Under the pieces are notes generated by a model. It did no database searches and had not been told where the DNA came from. It was given only the letters and a program-made list of their open reading frames with translations. Below, piece by piece: positions 38,401 through 47,175 of a stretch of 64,000 nucleotides of DNA. The stretch is from Bradymonadia bacterium (GTDB taxonomy: Bacteria > Myxococcota_A > Bradymonadia > UBA7976 > UBA1532), in assembly GCA_046290225.1 (NCBI GenBank), contig JBKAGE010000037.1, positions 128,001 to 192,000 on the forward strand, written 5' to 3'. How positions within the stretch are numbered: the first letter of the stretch is position 1; every line of letters starts with the position of its first letter. Made by a program: the position numbers and the translations under genes.

Positions 38401-40431
38401 TTCGCCATCGCCAACGCAGGCTGGGATGGCGCGGCGGCCGGCGAGGCCGACAACGACGAGTACCAGGCCGATCTGGTTGTGCCCGAGATCGGCGTCTACG
38501 ACTACGCCTATCGCTTCACCGCCGATGGCGGCCGCACCTGGACTTACTGCGACGGCCAGCCCGAGGGCAGCAGCAACGGCTACGCCCCTGGCGACGCCGG
38601 CCAGCTCACCAGCAACGCCCCAGTGATGCCCTGCGATCCGAACCCCTGCGTGAACCCCCCGGCGCCGGAGTGCGCCGACGACGGCACGGTGCGCACCTTC
38701 GCCGACGTGGGCACCTGCGAGGTGGTGAACGACGCCGCGGAGTGCACCTACGCAGAAGAGCTCACAGCCTGTGAGGCGGTGGTCGAGAGCTGCGTTGCCG
38801 GTGCCTGCCAGCCTGCAGGTGGCCGCGCCCCTGCCGCCGGTGAGCTGCGCGTCACCGAGATCATGTACGACCCGCACGATGTCCTCGAAGAGGACAACGC
38901 CGAGTGGTTCGAGGTCTACAACACCACCGACGAGCTCATCGATCTGTCGGGCTGCACCCTGGTGGACAACGCAGAAGGCAACGCCGAGATCATCGGCGCT
39001 CTGACTCTGGCCCCGAGCAGCTACTCGCTCTTCGTCCGCAGCGACGACGTCAACGTCAACGGCGGCCTCGACGCTGATTACGTCTTCGGCTTCGCCCTCA
39101 ACAACGGCGGCGACGACATCACCCTGACCTGCGGTGGTGTGGAGATCTTCTCGGTGACTTACGACGACGCCGATCCGTGGCCCGTCGACGCTCAGCGCAG
39201 CAGCATCAGCCTCGACATCGACGCCGTGACGAGTGGTGTGGGCATCACCGACGCCAGCAACTGGTGCTACGCCCAGGATGACGACGTGTACTACGAGCAA
39301 CCTGGCAATGACTTCAGCGTACACCGGGGGACGCCTGGGCTCGCCAACCCCTACTGCCCCACCCCGGTGGACTTCTGCCGCCTGCAGTTCCCCACCGATC
39401 TGCAAACGAACGCCGGCGACGCCACCACCTTCTACGGGCGCCTCTATCAGGAAGGCATCACCGATCAGAGCCCCCAGAACGACGCCTCCCCACGGGTCAT
39501 GGGTCAGCTGGGCTATGGCCCCGATGGCAGCCTGCCCGAGGACAACGCCGACTGGACCTGGCAGGACGCGGTGCCCAACCCTGGCTGGAACGGCGCCGAC
39601 GTCGGCGAGGCCAACAACGACGAGTACCAGTCCGAACTGATCGCCCCGGCGAACGGCACCTATGACACCGCCTTCCGCTTCACCGCCGACGGCGGCATCA
39701 CCTGGACTTACTGCGATGGTGACGATCCGGGGAACACCAACGGCTACTCTGTAGATGCTGCGGGCAACCTGCAGGTGGGCGAGCCTCTTGTGGCCTTCAC
39801 CACCGAAGAGGTCCGGGCCATCTATGGCCAGGCCTGTGGCGGCTGTCACACCAATGGCGGTGCCAGTGGCGGGTTGAACCTCGATGACGACGAGGCCAAC
39901 ACGTTCAACGTGCCCAGCAGCGACATCGCTGGGATGGATCTCATCGAGCCCGGGGATCGCAACAACAGCTACATCTATCACAAGGTGGCCGGCACCCATC
40001 TCGACATGGGCGTGGGCGGTGCCGGCAGCCAGATGCCCCGAGGCGGGCCCTTCTTCACCGCTGACGAGATCGAGCGCTTCGGCCTCTGGATCGACGCCCT
40101 GCCCGTGGTGGGCCCAGAGCCCTTCACCACTGCAGAGGTGCAGACGCTCTACAACCAGAACTGTAGCGGGTGCCACACCAACGGCGGCGCCAGCGGCGGT
40201 CTGAACCTCGACGACGCAGAGGCCAGCACGGTCAACGTGCCCAGCAACGACATCGCCGGGATGGATCTCATCGAGCCCGGTGATCGCGACAGCAGCTACA
40301 TTTACCGCAAAGTCGTCGGCACCCACCTCGACGCCGGTGGCTCAGGCGGTCAGATGCCCCTGGGGCGGGCCCCCCTCAGCGATGAGGATCTTGAGCGTTT
40401 CGGCCTCTGGATCGACAGCCTGCTGCCCTGA
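35401..40431 (+). CDS. Giant surface lipoprotein: 4 lamin-tail domains, 3 repeated beta-sandwich modules, Cys-rich linkers, 2 C-terminal cytochrome c domains
   Basis: AAGGAG SD; lipobox LWA-C; Asp-Met linker; TEIMYDPH...AEWFEV.N..GTPG.AN x4; DFCRLQFP..GYGPDGS..DEYQ..YD.A.RFT.DGG.TW.YCD x3; CGGCH (39835) and CSGCH (40162), each followed by a distal QMP. Confidence 0.85.
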   Translation: MRTHSRRALWVMALATTLWACDDADTGDGDTPASDSGAGRDMRITPDMQVIDTPDMEVPEADMDTPEADMDVPEPDMEVPEPDMAVEADMAVEADMEVEADMEAPEPDMEVPEADMEMPDMEIPAEPGPGVGEVVFTEIMYDPHGPLDDATAEWFEVHNTLDRAVGLDGCTIVDGTPENAEVIEHLTIPANGYAVFGKSDDPALNGGLAPDYIFSFGLNNSGDSLTLDCDDQIIDTVAYDDEAPWPIDARQQSIKVPTDLQGANDDGANWCYSDTPYFEPEGDAAAVHRGTPGAANPECPPPDVTIDLCRLQRPLDVQGDAGTELTVAGRVFEAGVTDRSPQIDAFDGLRAEVGYGPDASDPDGNPAWIWALAAPAPMWDDMVAGEAGFDEYQGTFMVPGAGSYDFAVRFTKDDGATWLYCDRDAGEGADGSENGYQPENAGQLTSVDSPCDNFICDTPPPQACNFDGVTAVGYEPVGQCEVVDGNAECAYTQVLTDCSLDGGTCRGGACVGGAPQPGAGDVIITEIMYDPHTALADGDAEWFEVRNVSDARVTLNGCTIVDGTPANLEEVVGVVIEPGDYALFVASDDAALNGGLVADATFNFGLNNTGDTITLSCGDVVIDSVVYDDEAPWPLDAQQQSIQLDGALPAPDAEGNDNAGAWCYADEVYFDAGGDPAGAHRGTPGAANPACPIPDPCDPNPCVEPPAPFCDGDTAVTAANPGSCENVAGAAECTYEEIRTPCEGGDVCQAGACVPPDIRAPIAGEIIFTEIMYDPHGPLSDDNAEWFEIHNTTDEALDLSTCSAAVNANSVEVGAQVIDAGGYMLFVKSNDAGLNGGLVPDVVFDFAVGNSGATITFTCGDVTINEVVYDDAAPWPSDARRHSVSLDPAALTAAANVDGANWCYGRGVYYDDANASADDHQGTPGAANLPCDDAVDFCRLQFPLEISEEVGATVTVYGRVYEMGQTDRSTGVDASQLVFGQLGYGPDGSEPSDNADWIWTFAIANAGWDGAAAGEADNDEYQADLVVPEIGVYDYAYRFTADGGRTWTYCDGQPEGSSNGYAPGDAGQLTSNAPVMPCDPNPCVNPPAPECADDGTVRTFADVGTCEVVNDAAECTYAEELTACEAVVESCVAGACQPAGGRAPAAGELRVTEIMYDPHDVLEEDNAEWFEVYNTTDELIDLSGCTLVDNAEGNAEIIGALTLAPSSYSLFVRSDDVNVNGGLDADYVFGFALNNGGDDITLTCGGVEIFSVTYDDADPWPVDAQRSSISLDIDAVTSGVGITDASNWCYAQDDDVYYEQPGNDFSVHRGTPGLANPYCPTPVDFCRLQFPTDLQTNAGDATTFYGRLYQEGITDQSPQNDASPRVMGQLGYGPDGSLPEDNADWTWQDAVPNPGWNGADVGEANNDEYQSELIAPANGTYDTAFRFTADGGITWTYCDGDDPGNTNGYSVDAAGNLQVGEPLVAFTTEEVRAIYGQACGGCHTNGGASGGLNLDDDEANTFNVPSSDIAGMDLIEPGDRNNSYIYHKVAGTHLDMGVGGAGSQMPRGGPFFTADEIERFGLWIDALPVVGPEPFTTAEVQTLYNQNCSGCHTNGGASGGLNLDDAEASTVNVPSNDIAGMDLIEPGDRDSSYIYRKVVGTHLDAGGSGGQMPLGRAPLSDEDLERFGLWIDSLLP

Positions 40432-40440
40432 TCCCCCAGC

Positions 40441-41625
40441 TCAACCCACCTTCTGGCCGGCAGTGAGCGTGATCACCGCGATCTCTGCCGGCACCCCCAC
40501 CCGCATCGGCGGCCCCCAGTAGCCTGTGCCCGGGTGCACGTAGATCCAGGTCTTGTCGCGGTGCTTGTGCAGCCCCTGCACATAGGGCTGTACCAGCCCC
40601 ACGATGAACCGGAACGGCCAGAGCTGCCCGCCGTGGGTGTGCCCGCTGAGCACGAGGCTCATGCCCTTGTCGGTGGCGTCGTGGATCGCTCGGGGCTGAT
40701 GGGCCAGCAAGATCGAAGGGCGAGAGGCGTCACGGCCAGCGATGGCCCCAGCGAGATCGTGACCATGGCCGGGCCCTCGAGACATCCAATCGTGCACCCC
40801 GATCACGTCGAGGGCCGCCCCATCACGGGTGATCTCCATCCGGCGGTTGCCCAACACCTCGATGCCCAGCGAGGTCAGGAAACGCATCCACGAGGTCACC
40901 CCAGAGTAGTACTCGTGGTTGCCCGTGCAGAAGAAGGTGCCGTGGGCGCTCTTCAACTCTCCGAGGGGGGCTACGTGCTCCCCGAGCTGAGACACTGAGC
41001 CGTCGACGAGATCACCTGTAATGGCCACCATGTCGACGTTGAGTGCGTTGATGCGGCTCACCAGATCGCGGATGAAGTCGCCCTTGATGGTGGGCCCCAC
41101 GTGGATGTCGGAGACCTGGGCGATGGTGAAGCCCTCGAAGGCCGGCGGCAGGTTGTCGATGGGCACCGTGATGCGCTGTAGCCGAGGGGGCGAGAGCGCA
41201 GTGGACACACCCGCAGCAGCGGCGCCACCCACGCCGAGGGCGGTCACCGTCGCCGCCCCTCGGGTCAAGGCCAGACGCCGTTGTGGGTCAGGCAGCCCCT
41301 CGTCGCCCCGCTTGCCTCTCAGACGCCGGACGATGCGAAAGAGCAACCGTCCAACCTCGATGGGCAAGAGCACCATGAGGGCCAGCGACACCACCCCGAA
41401 CCACGTATACGTCACGAAAGCTGTGGTCTCGCCACCGCCGAAGAAGCGGCTGAAGACGATGCCCCCCAGCGTGCCCGCGCACATCAACGCCAGAAACACC
41501 GCCCCGACCCGAAGCAGCGCTTTTCGTGGCTGAACATCACGAATCAAACGGCGATAGATGAGCAGGTGAACCGAGACGAGGAGCACCACGAGGATGCTGG
41601 CGAAGAGGATGTAGCGCAGACTCAT
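40441..41625 (-). CDS. Membrane-anchored metallophosphoesterase (YkuE/YaeI-like)
   Basis: QVSDIH, TGDLVD, TGNHEYY, LAHQP, LSGHTHGGQ, GTGYWGPPMR; N-terminal TM helices. Confidence 0.92.
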   Translation of the reverse strand: MSLRYILFASILVVLLVSVHLLIYRRLIRDVQPRKALLRVGAVFLALMCAGTLGGIVFSRFFGGGETTAFVTYTWFGVVSLALMVLLPIEVGRLLFRIVRRLRGKRGDEGLPDPQRRLALTRGAATVTALGVGGAAAAGVSTALSPPRLQRITVPIDNLPPAFEGFTIAQVSDIHVGPTIKGDFIRDLVSRINALNVDMVAITGDLVDGSVSQLGEHVAPLGELKSAHGTFFCTGNHEYYSGVTSWMRFLTSLGIEVLGNRRMEITRDGAALDVIGVHDWMSRGPGHGHDLAGAIAGRDASRPSILLAHQPRAIHDATDKGMSLVLSGHTHGGQLWPFRFIVGLVQPYVQGLHKHRDKTWIYVHPGTGYWGPPMRVGVPAEIAVITLTAGQKVG

Positions 41626-41655
41626 GCAGACACTTTCGAGTGTGAGGCTCGAGCC

Positions 41656-42969
41656 TCAGCGGAATTTAAAGACCGCCCCGCCCTCAGACCCTGTGCCCGC
41701 CACCACGATGCGCTCCAGGGCCAGATCGAGGACCTGTACGCCGCTGGCGAGGGAGAGGGCCACAAAGCGCCCGTCGGGGCTCATGGATCCATCGAGCACG
41801 GGCTCGGCGATGTAATCGGTCAGCTCGGTGATCGCGCCAGAGGCCAGCTCAACGATGTGGCCTTCTCCGGTGGGGGTGCCGCATTCATCCACAGTGAGCA
41901 CCAGGGCCCGTACACCCAGGGCATCAGGCCGCACGCGGTGCGGATCCCTGCCGGTGTCGGCCACCGGGTAGCTCTCCCCGGACTCGACGTCGTACCAGGT
42001 GGTCTGCATCGAGTAGTTGAGGGGCACGCCGGGGCAGGCGATGGACTGCTTCTCTTCGAGCAGCACCCCGTTGGGGCCCACCAGGCGGGCATCGAAGATG
42101 CGATCGAAGGGCACTTGGGGCAGCGGGATCTCGATGGCAAAGCCAGGATCAGCCACGTCGTGGAGCACCGCCACCTCGTCGAGGCCGAAGTTCTTGGGGA
42201 TCACCAGGACCCGCTGGCCATACACACCGCCGATACGCCCAGGGCCGAGATCGCGGCTCTGCCCGGCAGTGTTCACGTATTCGACGAGGTTCTCCCGATC
42301 GAAGATCTCGGCCACCACCCCAGCGCCCACGGGGCCCACAGTGTGCGGGTTGTTCCCTGAGATGATCTCCTCGGTGCCGCCGAAGACCGACCAGAGCACC
42401 TTGATCGGCCCTCGATCGAGCAACAGCGCCTCGTTGCCGGCGAAGTCGAGCACGCCCAGCGCCGGCACCATGCTCACCACGTTGCCGCCGCCGTCGGCGA
42501 GGATCACCATGTCCTCGGCCTCGGAGATGGGGCCGAGATAGGCGACGAAGTTGCCGTCAGGCGAAATTTGGGGGCCGCCCTCCACCTGAGGGCGCCACTC
42601 CATGTACTCCTGGTTGATGTCGAGCAGATCGAAGAAGAACAGCTTGAGGGGCTGCTCTTCGTCATTGGGCACGCACAAGGCGTAGCGGCCGATCTCGTCC
42701 ACCTCCACCGTAGAGTCTTCGCAGATCATGCGAGCCTCAGTGCCCGCGGCGCTCGCCAGCCAGACATCGTCTCCGATCCGGTAGTAGAGGTACTGCGACG
42801 CCCCCGGATCGCCCTGCAGACCCGCGTCCGGGTCTTCATTGCATTCGAAGGGGTTGTCGCACCCGCTGCCGGCGGCATCGGTGTCCTCTTCGAGGGGGGT
42901 GGCGCACCCGCCCAGAATCAACCCCCCCAGAATCAAAGGCCCCAGCAGCAACGCGTTCATGCCCTTCAT
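41656..42969 (-). CDS. Lipoprotein, probable TolB/WD40-like beta-propeller
   Basis: Lipobox LGG-C; PQISPDGNFVAY and SMSPDGRFVAL repeats; start 42969 or 42960. Confidence 0.65.
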   Translation of the reverse strand: MKGMNALLLGPLILGGLILGGCATPLEEDTDAAGSGCDNPFECNEDPDAGLQGDPGASQYLYYRIGDDVWLASAAGTEARMICEDSTVEVDEIGRYALCVPNDEEQPLKLFFFDLLDINQEYMEWRPQVEGGPQISPDGNFVAYLGPISEAEDMVILADGGGNVVSMVPALGVLDFAGNEALLLDRGPIKVLWSVFGGTEEIISGNNPHTVGPVGAGVVAEIFDRENLVEYVNTAGQSRDLGPGRIGGVYGQRVLVIPKNFGLDEVAVLHDVADPGFAIEIPLPQVPFDRIFDARLVGPNGVLLEEKQSIACPGVPLNYSMQTTWYDVESGESYPVADTGRDPHRVRPDALGVRALVLTVDECGTPTGEGHIVELASGAITELTDYIAEPVLDGSMSPDGRFVALSLASGVQVLDLALERIVVAGTGSEGGAVFKFR

Positions 42970-43193
42970 CTCGACCTCAGCTCGTTCGTTCGCGTCACCA
43001 CGCCCTCTACTCTGACGAGGAGAGGTTGCGGTGAGGGACTCTTTGTACAGAATGCCGGAGTAACGGCTCAAATGAGCGTGCTCAAATCGCACACGCTCAA
43101 ATCGAGTCCATACTGAATACCAGGACGGGGTCGCCGTCAGAGGCCGCCGCTCACCACCCTGCCATCACTCACTCTCGGGGGAGAACGTACACC

Positions 43194-44198
43194 ATGCTTC
43201 AGATCCTCGCCCTCCTCGTCGGCATCCTCGGCGCGCCGGCGCCCAAAGGCGGCCAAATCACCATCGACGTCAAGCCCGGCGATGCGAAGGTCACCCTCGA
43301 CGGTCGCGTGGTCAAAGGCTTCAAATCCGGCAGGCCCTTCAACGCCTCAGCGGGCCGTCACACGCTCCAGATCACCCGCAAGGGTTACAAGGGCGACAAG
43401 CGCTCTGTGACCGTGGCGAAGGGCAAGACCCTGCGCATCAACGTGGGCCTCAAGAAGGTGGGCAACTTCTCCGTGGCCCCAGTGAAGGTCCGCCCCAAGG
43501 CCAAACCCAAAGGCCCCATCGTGGTCAACAAGGGCCCCAAGAAGGGTAAAGGCGGCGCAGCGAAGAAGCCCGCGGTGAAGGGCGGCTTCGTCATGAAGCC
43601 CGGCGGCGGCAAGGTGAAGCCTGGCAAGCCCACGGTGAAGACCCCTGTTCGTGGCCCCACGGCGAAGAAGCCCACCAAGAAGCCTGTGGTGGCGAAGAAG
43701 CCCGCTGTGACGAAGAAGCCCAAGGTGACCAGCAAGCCCAAGGTCGCCGCTCGGCCCAAGGCTCGGCCCAAGCCCAAGGTCACCACCCGGCCCAAGACGC
43801 GCCCCCGCAACAACCGCCCCGTGGCGGTGCGGCCCAACAACAACCAGCCCAACGGCGTCCGGGGCGCCGCCCCCTACCGTCGCCCGAGCCTGAAGCCCTG
43901 GGCCGCCCTCTCCTTCGTCGTGGGGGCCGCCTCCATCGCCGGCGGTGTGGTGGTGGGCCTGCAGGCCGAAGACAAGGCCGAGGAGTTCAACGACAGCGTG
44001 TTCCTCGACGACAAGCGCGAGCTGAAGCAGGACGCCGAGAATCTGGCTCTGGGCTCGAACGTGCTGTATGGGGTGGGCGCAGCGGCCCTGCTCATCGGCG
44101 GGCTGCTCTGGGCCATGGACGACAGCGGCTCGACGTACGGCTCAGTCACCCCCATGCCCGGCGGTGGCGCCTACGTGGGCTTCGGAGGCAGCTTCTGA
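43194..44198 (+). CDS. PEGA-domain protein with Lys/Pro-rich linker and hydrophobic C-terminus
   Basis: PEGA (VKPGDAKVTLDG..AGRHTLQITRKGY); long K/P/V/T low-complexity stretch; C-terminal GGAYVGFGGSF. Confidence 0.8.
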   Translation: MLQILALLVGILGAPAPKGGQITIDVKPGDAKVTLDGRVVKGFKSGRPFNASAGRHTLQITRKGYKGDKRSVTVAKGKTLRINVGLKKVGNFSVAPVKVRPKAKPKGPIVVNKGPKKGKGGAAKKPAVKGGFVMKPGGGKVKPGKPTVKTPVRGPTAKKPTKKPVVAKKPAVTKKPKVTSKPKVAARPKARPKPKVTTRPKTRPRNNRPVAVRPNNNQPNGVRGAAPYRRPSLKPWAALSFVVGAASIAGGVVVGLQAEDKAEEFNDSVFLDDKRELKQDAENLALGSNVLYGVGAAALLIGGLLWAMDDSGSTYGSVTPMPGGGAYVGFGGSF

Positions 44199-44605
44199 TG
44201 ATGCGTGCGCGAATCACCACCTTGATGCTCACCACGGCCTTCGCGGTGCTGGGATGCACGGTGGATCTCGAAGAGAACGAGTGCCAAAGCGACGGCGACT
44301 GCGTGTTCAAGGCCAATACGGTCTGTCAGCTGCCAGAAGGCTGGTGCGTGCGCCCGGCCCCCGACGCCACACCGGTGCCCGACGCCCGGCCGATGCCCGA
44401 TATGTCAGTGGAGCCTGAGCCGGACATGTCGGTGGAGCCCGAAGCGGATATGTCGGTGGAGCCTGAGGCCGACATGGGGATGGAAGAAGCAGACGCCGAG
44501 CCCATGGAGATGGCCGACATGGGCATGATGGAGGTCGATGCTGAGCTTATGGAGATGGCTGACGCTGAGCCTGAGATGGCTGACATGGAAGCCCCTGAAG
44601 AATAA
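44198..44605 (+). CDS. Small lipoprotein with Cys knot-like motif and (EPEADM) repeats
   Basis: Lipobox VLG-C; ECQSDGDC...C....C; PDMSVEPE/ADM repeats; overlaps the upstream stop codon. Confidence 0.7.
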   Translation: MMRARITTLMLTTAFAVLGCTVDLEENECQSDGDCVFKANTVCQLPEGWCVRPAPDATPVPDARPMPDMSVEPEPDMSVEPEADMSVEPEADMGMEEADAEPMEMADMGMMEVDAELMEMADAEPEMADMEAPEE

Positions 44606-45008
44606 GAGAGTTTCGGGCACGGGCACGGGCACGGGCACGGGCACGAGTTGATTCGACCTTTGACCCGTGGCCCTGCATGACTCCGCTCGTGGGTTTATGA
44701 TGGTGGAGGCTCTACTCAGCCCCATGGGTCTCTCATTGGAGGTTTTGACCTCCATACACCCCAAGACCTGAACTCTCAGGTCGTTCTGTAACGCATCATC
44801 TCAGTTTCAATTGCTGCCTGTGTCCTGAATCCAGGAAGGACCACGGGTCAGGTCGAACAGTGGCCAGCCCTTCGGGTGTCTTTCCGCTCCCTCCGGCCGG
44901 CTACGCCGCCCTCCACTCGCTCCAAGACATGCAGCCTCAGGCTGCACTGTCCACATCCGTAAAACTCGTGCCCGTGCCCGTGCCCGTGCCCGTGCCCGAA
45001 ACTCTCTT
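44604..45008. mobile_element. MITE-like palindrome-bounded element, copy 2 (inverted, with extra insert)
   Basis: Perfect 46-bp terminal inverted repeat AAGAGAGTTTC(GGGCAC)5GAGTT ... AACTC(GTGCCC)5GAAACTCTCTT. The interior is the diverged reverse complement of 17566-17849, plus an extra hairpin-rich segment of about 100 bp (about 44855-44955). Confidence 0.78.
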
Positions 45009-45041
45009 GCGAGCGAAGCGAGTCACTGAAGAGCAAGCGAG

Positions 45042-45407
45042 TCACTGGAGAGCAGCAGGCTCCACTTCCTCAACAGTGGCCAGCACCTCTTTCACCTCGA
45101 GCAACCGCAGCTCATCATCCCAGGGTACCCGCACCCCTGCTTTTTTGGGGAACAGCACCTTGGCCCCCATGGGCACCCCGCTCACGTTCTCGCCCACGAT
45201 CTCGTCGCCGGTCTCCGTACCTGCGCGGGCCACTTCGACCACCTCGCCGTAGAGGGCATCGTCGTGTTGCTCTTTGACCCCCTCGGGCAGGTACAGACCC
45301 GCCTCGCTGCGGCTCTCGAGTTTGAGCACTCGCACAAGCACTCGGGGGCCCAGGGGTTTGATGTAGCGCAGCGGGCGGTGACCCGGGACCTTCAGCTCGT
45401 CTGACAT
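45042..45407 (-). CDS. groES: GroES/Cpn10-like co-chaperonin (no adjacent groEL)
   Basis: IKPLGPRVLVR, mobile loop SEAGLYLPEGVKE, GEVVEV, GAKVLFPKKAG, LLEVKEVLATVE. Confidence 0.75.
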   Translation of the reverse strand: MSDELKVPGHRPLRYIKPLGPRVLVRVLKLESRSEAGLYLPEGVKEQHDDALYGEVVEVARAGTETGDEIVGENVSGVPMGAKVLFPKKAGVRVPWDDELRLLEVKEVLATVEEVEPAALQ

Positions 45408-45487
45408 GTCTCACTCCCATCACCCTGAGCTTGCAGGGTGAGTGGCGAAGGTTGCTTTCCAGAACCAGAGGGGTCATACCCTCGTGT

Positions 45488-46159
45488 ATGGGCGCTGTCA
45501 TCCTCACCATCCCGGGCCCCTGGGGCAAGCTTCCCACGTGGCCTTCCGCCATTCCCCTCACCCATGACGAGGCCGAGCCGGGCCTCGCCGGTGACATCAA
45601 GGCCTTCGCCCGACAGGCGGCCATGGTGGACGCCCTGGACATGGGGCAAATCAAACGCCACGCCGGCATCGTCCGGGCTCTGGTGGATTTCGAAGAAGAA
45701 GGCACACTGCAGTGGGCCACGGCAGGGGCGAAGCTGATGGTCGAGGCCTTCGCTGCTGGCGCCCCGGTGGTGCTCGTGGAGACGGCGAGCAAGGTGATCG
45801 ACCCCAAAGGGCTCGATGGCGCTGATCTCACCGATCCGGTGGCGCTGGTGCATCTCTATGTGTCGGTTTTTGGCGATGGCGAGCAGGTGTACACCGAGGG
45901 TCTGCAGGTCTTCGATTTGCCCGACGTGGTGGTGTCCTACCGCAACGAGGCTGAGGGGGTGCTGGCCCAGGGCGCGGCTTTTGCCTATGCAGCGCTGAGC
46001 GTCTGCGAAGGGCTGAGGTTGAGCGAGGGTGGGACCTTCACGGCTTCGGAGAGCGCGCCGACCTACACATGCGCCTTCGAGGCGACCACTGAGGCTGATC
46101 TGGAAGACGATCCGCTGGCGAACCCCCGCGGGGTTTGGCGACTCACTCGCGTCAGCTGA
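45488..46159 (+). CDS. Hypothetical protein (DUF4261-like C-terminus)
   Basis: VYTEGLQVFDLPDV, GGTF, NPRGVWRL motifs resemble DUF4261-type proteins (from memory). Confidence 0.55.
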   Translation: MGAVILTIPGPWGKLPTWPSAIPLTHDEAEPGLAGDIKAFARQAAMVDALDMGQIKRHAGIVRALVDFEEEGTLQWATAGAKLMVEAFAAGAPVVLVETASKVIDPKGLDGADLTDPVALVHLYVSVFGDGEQVYTEGLQVFDLPDVVVSYRNEAEGVLAQGAAFAYAALSVCEGLRLSEGGTFTASESAPTYTCAFEATTEADLEDDPLANPRGVWRLTRVS

Positions 46160-46590
46160 TGTGGGATGAGGAGGCCGAGAGTCAATGCCCTCGCTGTGGG
46201 GCCGCTGGCCAGAGGCATGTGTATCAAACCCGCGGCATGAGTGGTGGAGACATTGGGTGGTCTTCATCGACGCAGTGCAGGCAGTGCGAGCTCTGCATAG
46301 AAGAAGACAACAGCGGCATGCCACCAGAGCCTCTGCGGCAATTCTTCATCCGCACTGACGGCCTTTGGCAACTTACGCTCGATGACCCCGCCTTCAGACT
46401 CAAAGCAGTGCGACAGCTCCGGAGCATCCTGCCGCTGAGCCTCACCGAAGCGGCATCCATGCTGAAAACAGGTGTGCTCTGGCAAGGGACTCGGTCAGAG
46501 GTGAACTGGCTCCTGGATACCCTCCAGTTTCCCAACAAAGGCATCATCTCCGTGCGCTTGGAGCGTCCTGGATCACGGGGTGACCCCTGA
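46159..46590 (+). CDS. Zinc-ribbon protein with ribosomal L7/L12 C-terminal-like segment
   Basis: CPRC...CRQC; RLKAVRQLRSILPLSLTEAASML; coupled to the upstream stop codon. Confidence 0.55.
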   Translation: MWDEEAESQCPRCGAAGQRHVYQTRGMSGGDIGWSSSTQCRQCELCIEEDNSGMPPEPLRQFFIRTDGLWQLTLDDPAFRLKAVRQLRSILPLSLTEAASMLKTGVLWQGTRSEVNWLLDTLQFPNKGIISVRLERPGSRGDP

Positions 46591-47085
46591 TCTCGCCGAG
46601 CCCTTCAACCGCTTCACGAGATCAGCAACAGGTAGAGTAGAGCAGTCCTGTTTACCGCCCTTCCGGCACGTGTTCACCCTTCCGTCTTTGACCTGCAGCC
46701 AGAACTCACCGCAATTGCTGATGGGGATGGGAAACCCCCTCGACTGATCGAGAACGAAGAGCATCTCGCTGCCAATGGGGAAGCGTTCCGTGGTGATGTA
46801 GGGGCGGCACAGGCGGCCATCGTCCCCCATGAGTCGTATCCGCTTTCGTTGAGACTCGCCCTTGAGTACGTCGAGCACCTGCACATCCATCGTTCGGTAG
46901 ATGGTGGTTCCGTGCACCTCGTTCTTCCATGGGCCATAGCTGAGCACCTTGGCACGTATGGCCAGATCGCCTTTGGATGCGAGCTCTTCGAAAGAGCCGC
47001 CATAGCCACAATCACATGCGAAGGCTGACAGGGGCACCAGCAACGCGCTGGCACAGAGCAGCAGGGACGAAATCAACGTCTTCAT
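46573..47085 (-). CDS. Secreted TIMP/NTR-like protein
   Basis: Signal peptide ending AFA, then CDC; DLAIRAKV, VQVLDVLKG, GDDGRLCRP, NCGEFWL; AAGGAGG SD. Confidence 0.6.
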   Translation of the reverse strand: MKTLISSLLLCASALLVPLSAFACDCGYGGSFEELASKGDLAIRAKVLSYGPWKNEVHGTTIYRTMDVQVLDVLKGESQRKRIRLMGDDGRLCRPYITTERFPIGSEMLFVLDQSRGFPIPISNCGEFWLQVKDGRVNTCRKGGKQDCSTLPVADLVKRLKGSARSGVTP

Positions 47086-47175
47086 GAGACCTCCTTGGTG
47101 CAGACATGCACGCAGAGGCAACGGCTCGGATCTAATCCGCGAGGGAAACTGTTCTGAGAGAGATGAACGAGGGCG

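Noticed and set aside
35413..40326. 1637-aa minus-strand ORF
   Set aside because: Antisense shadow of the giant lipoprotein, produced by high-GC codon bias; no motifs of its own.
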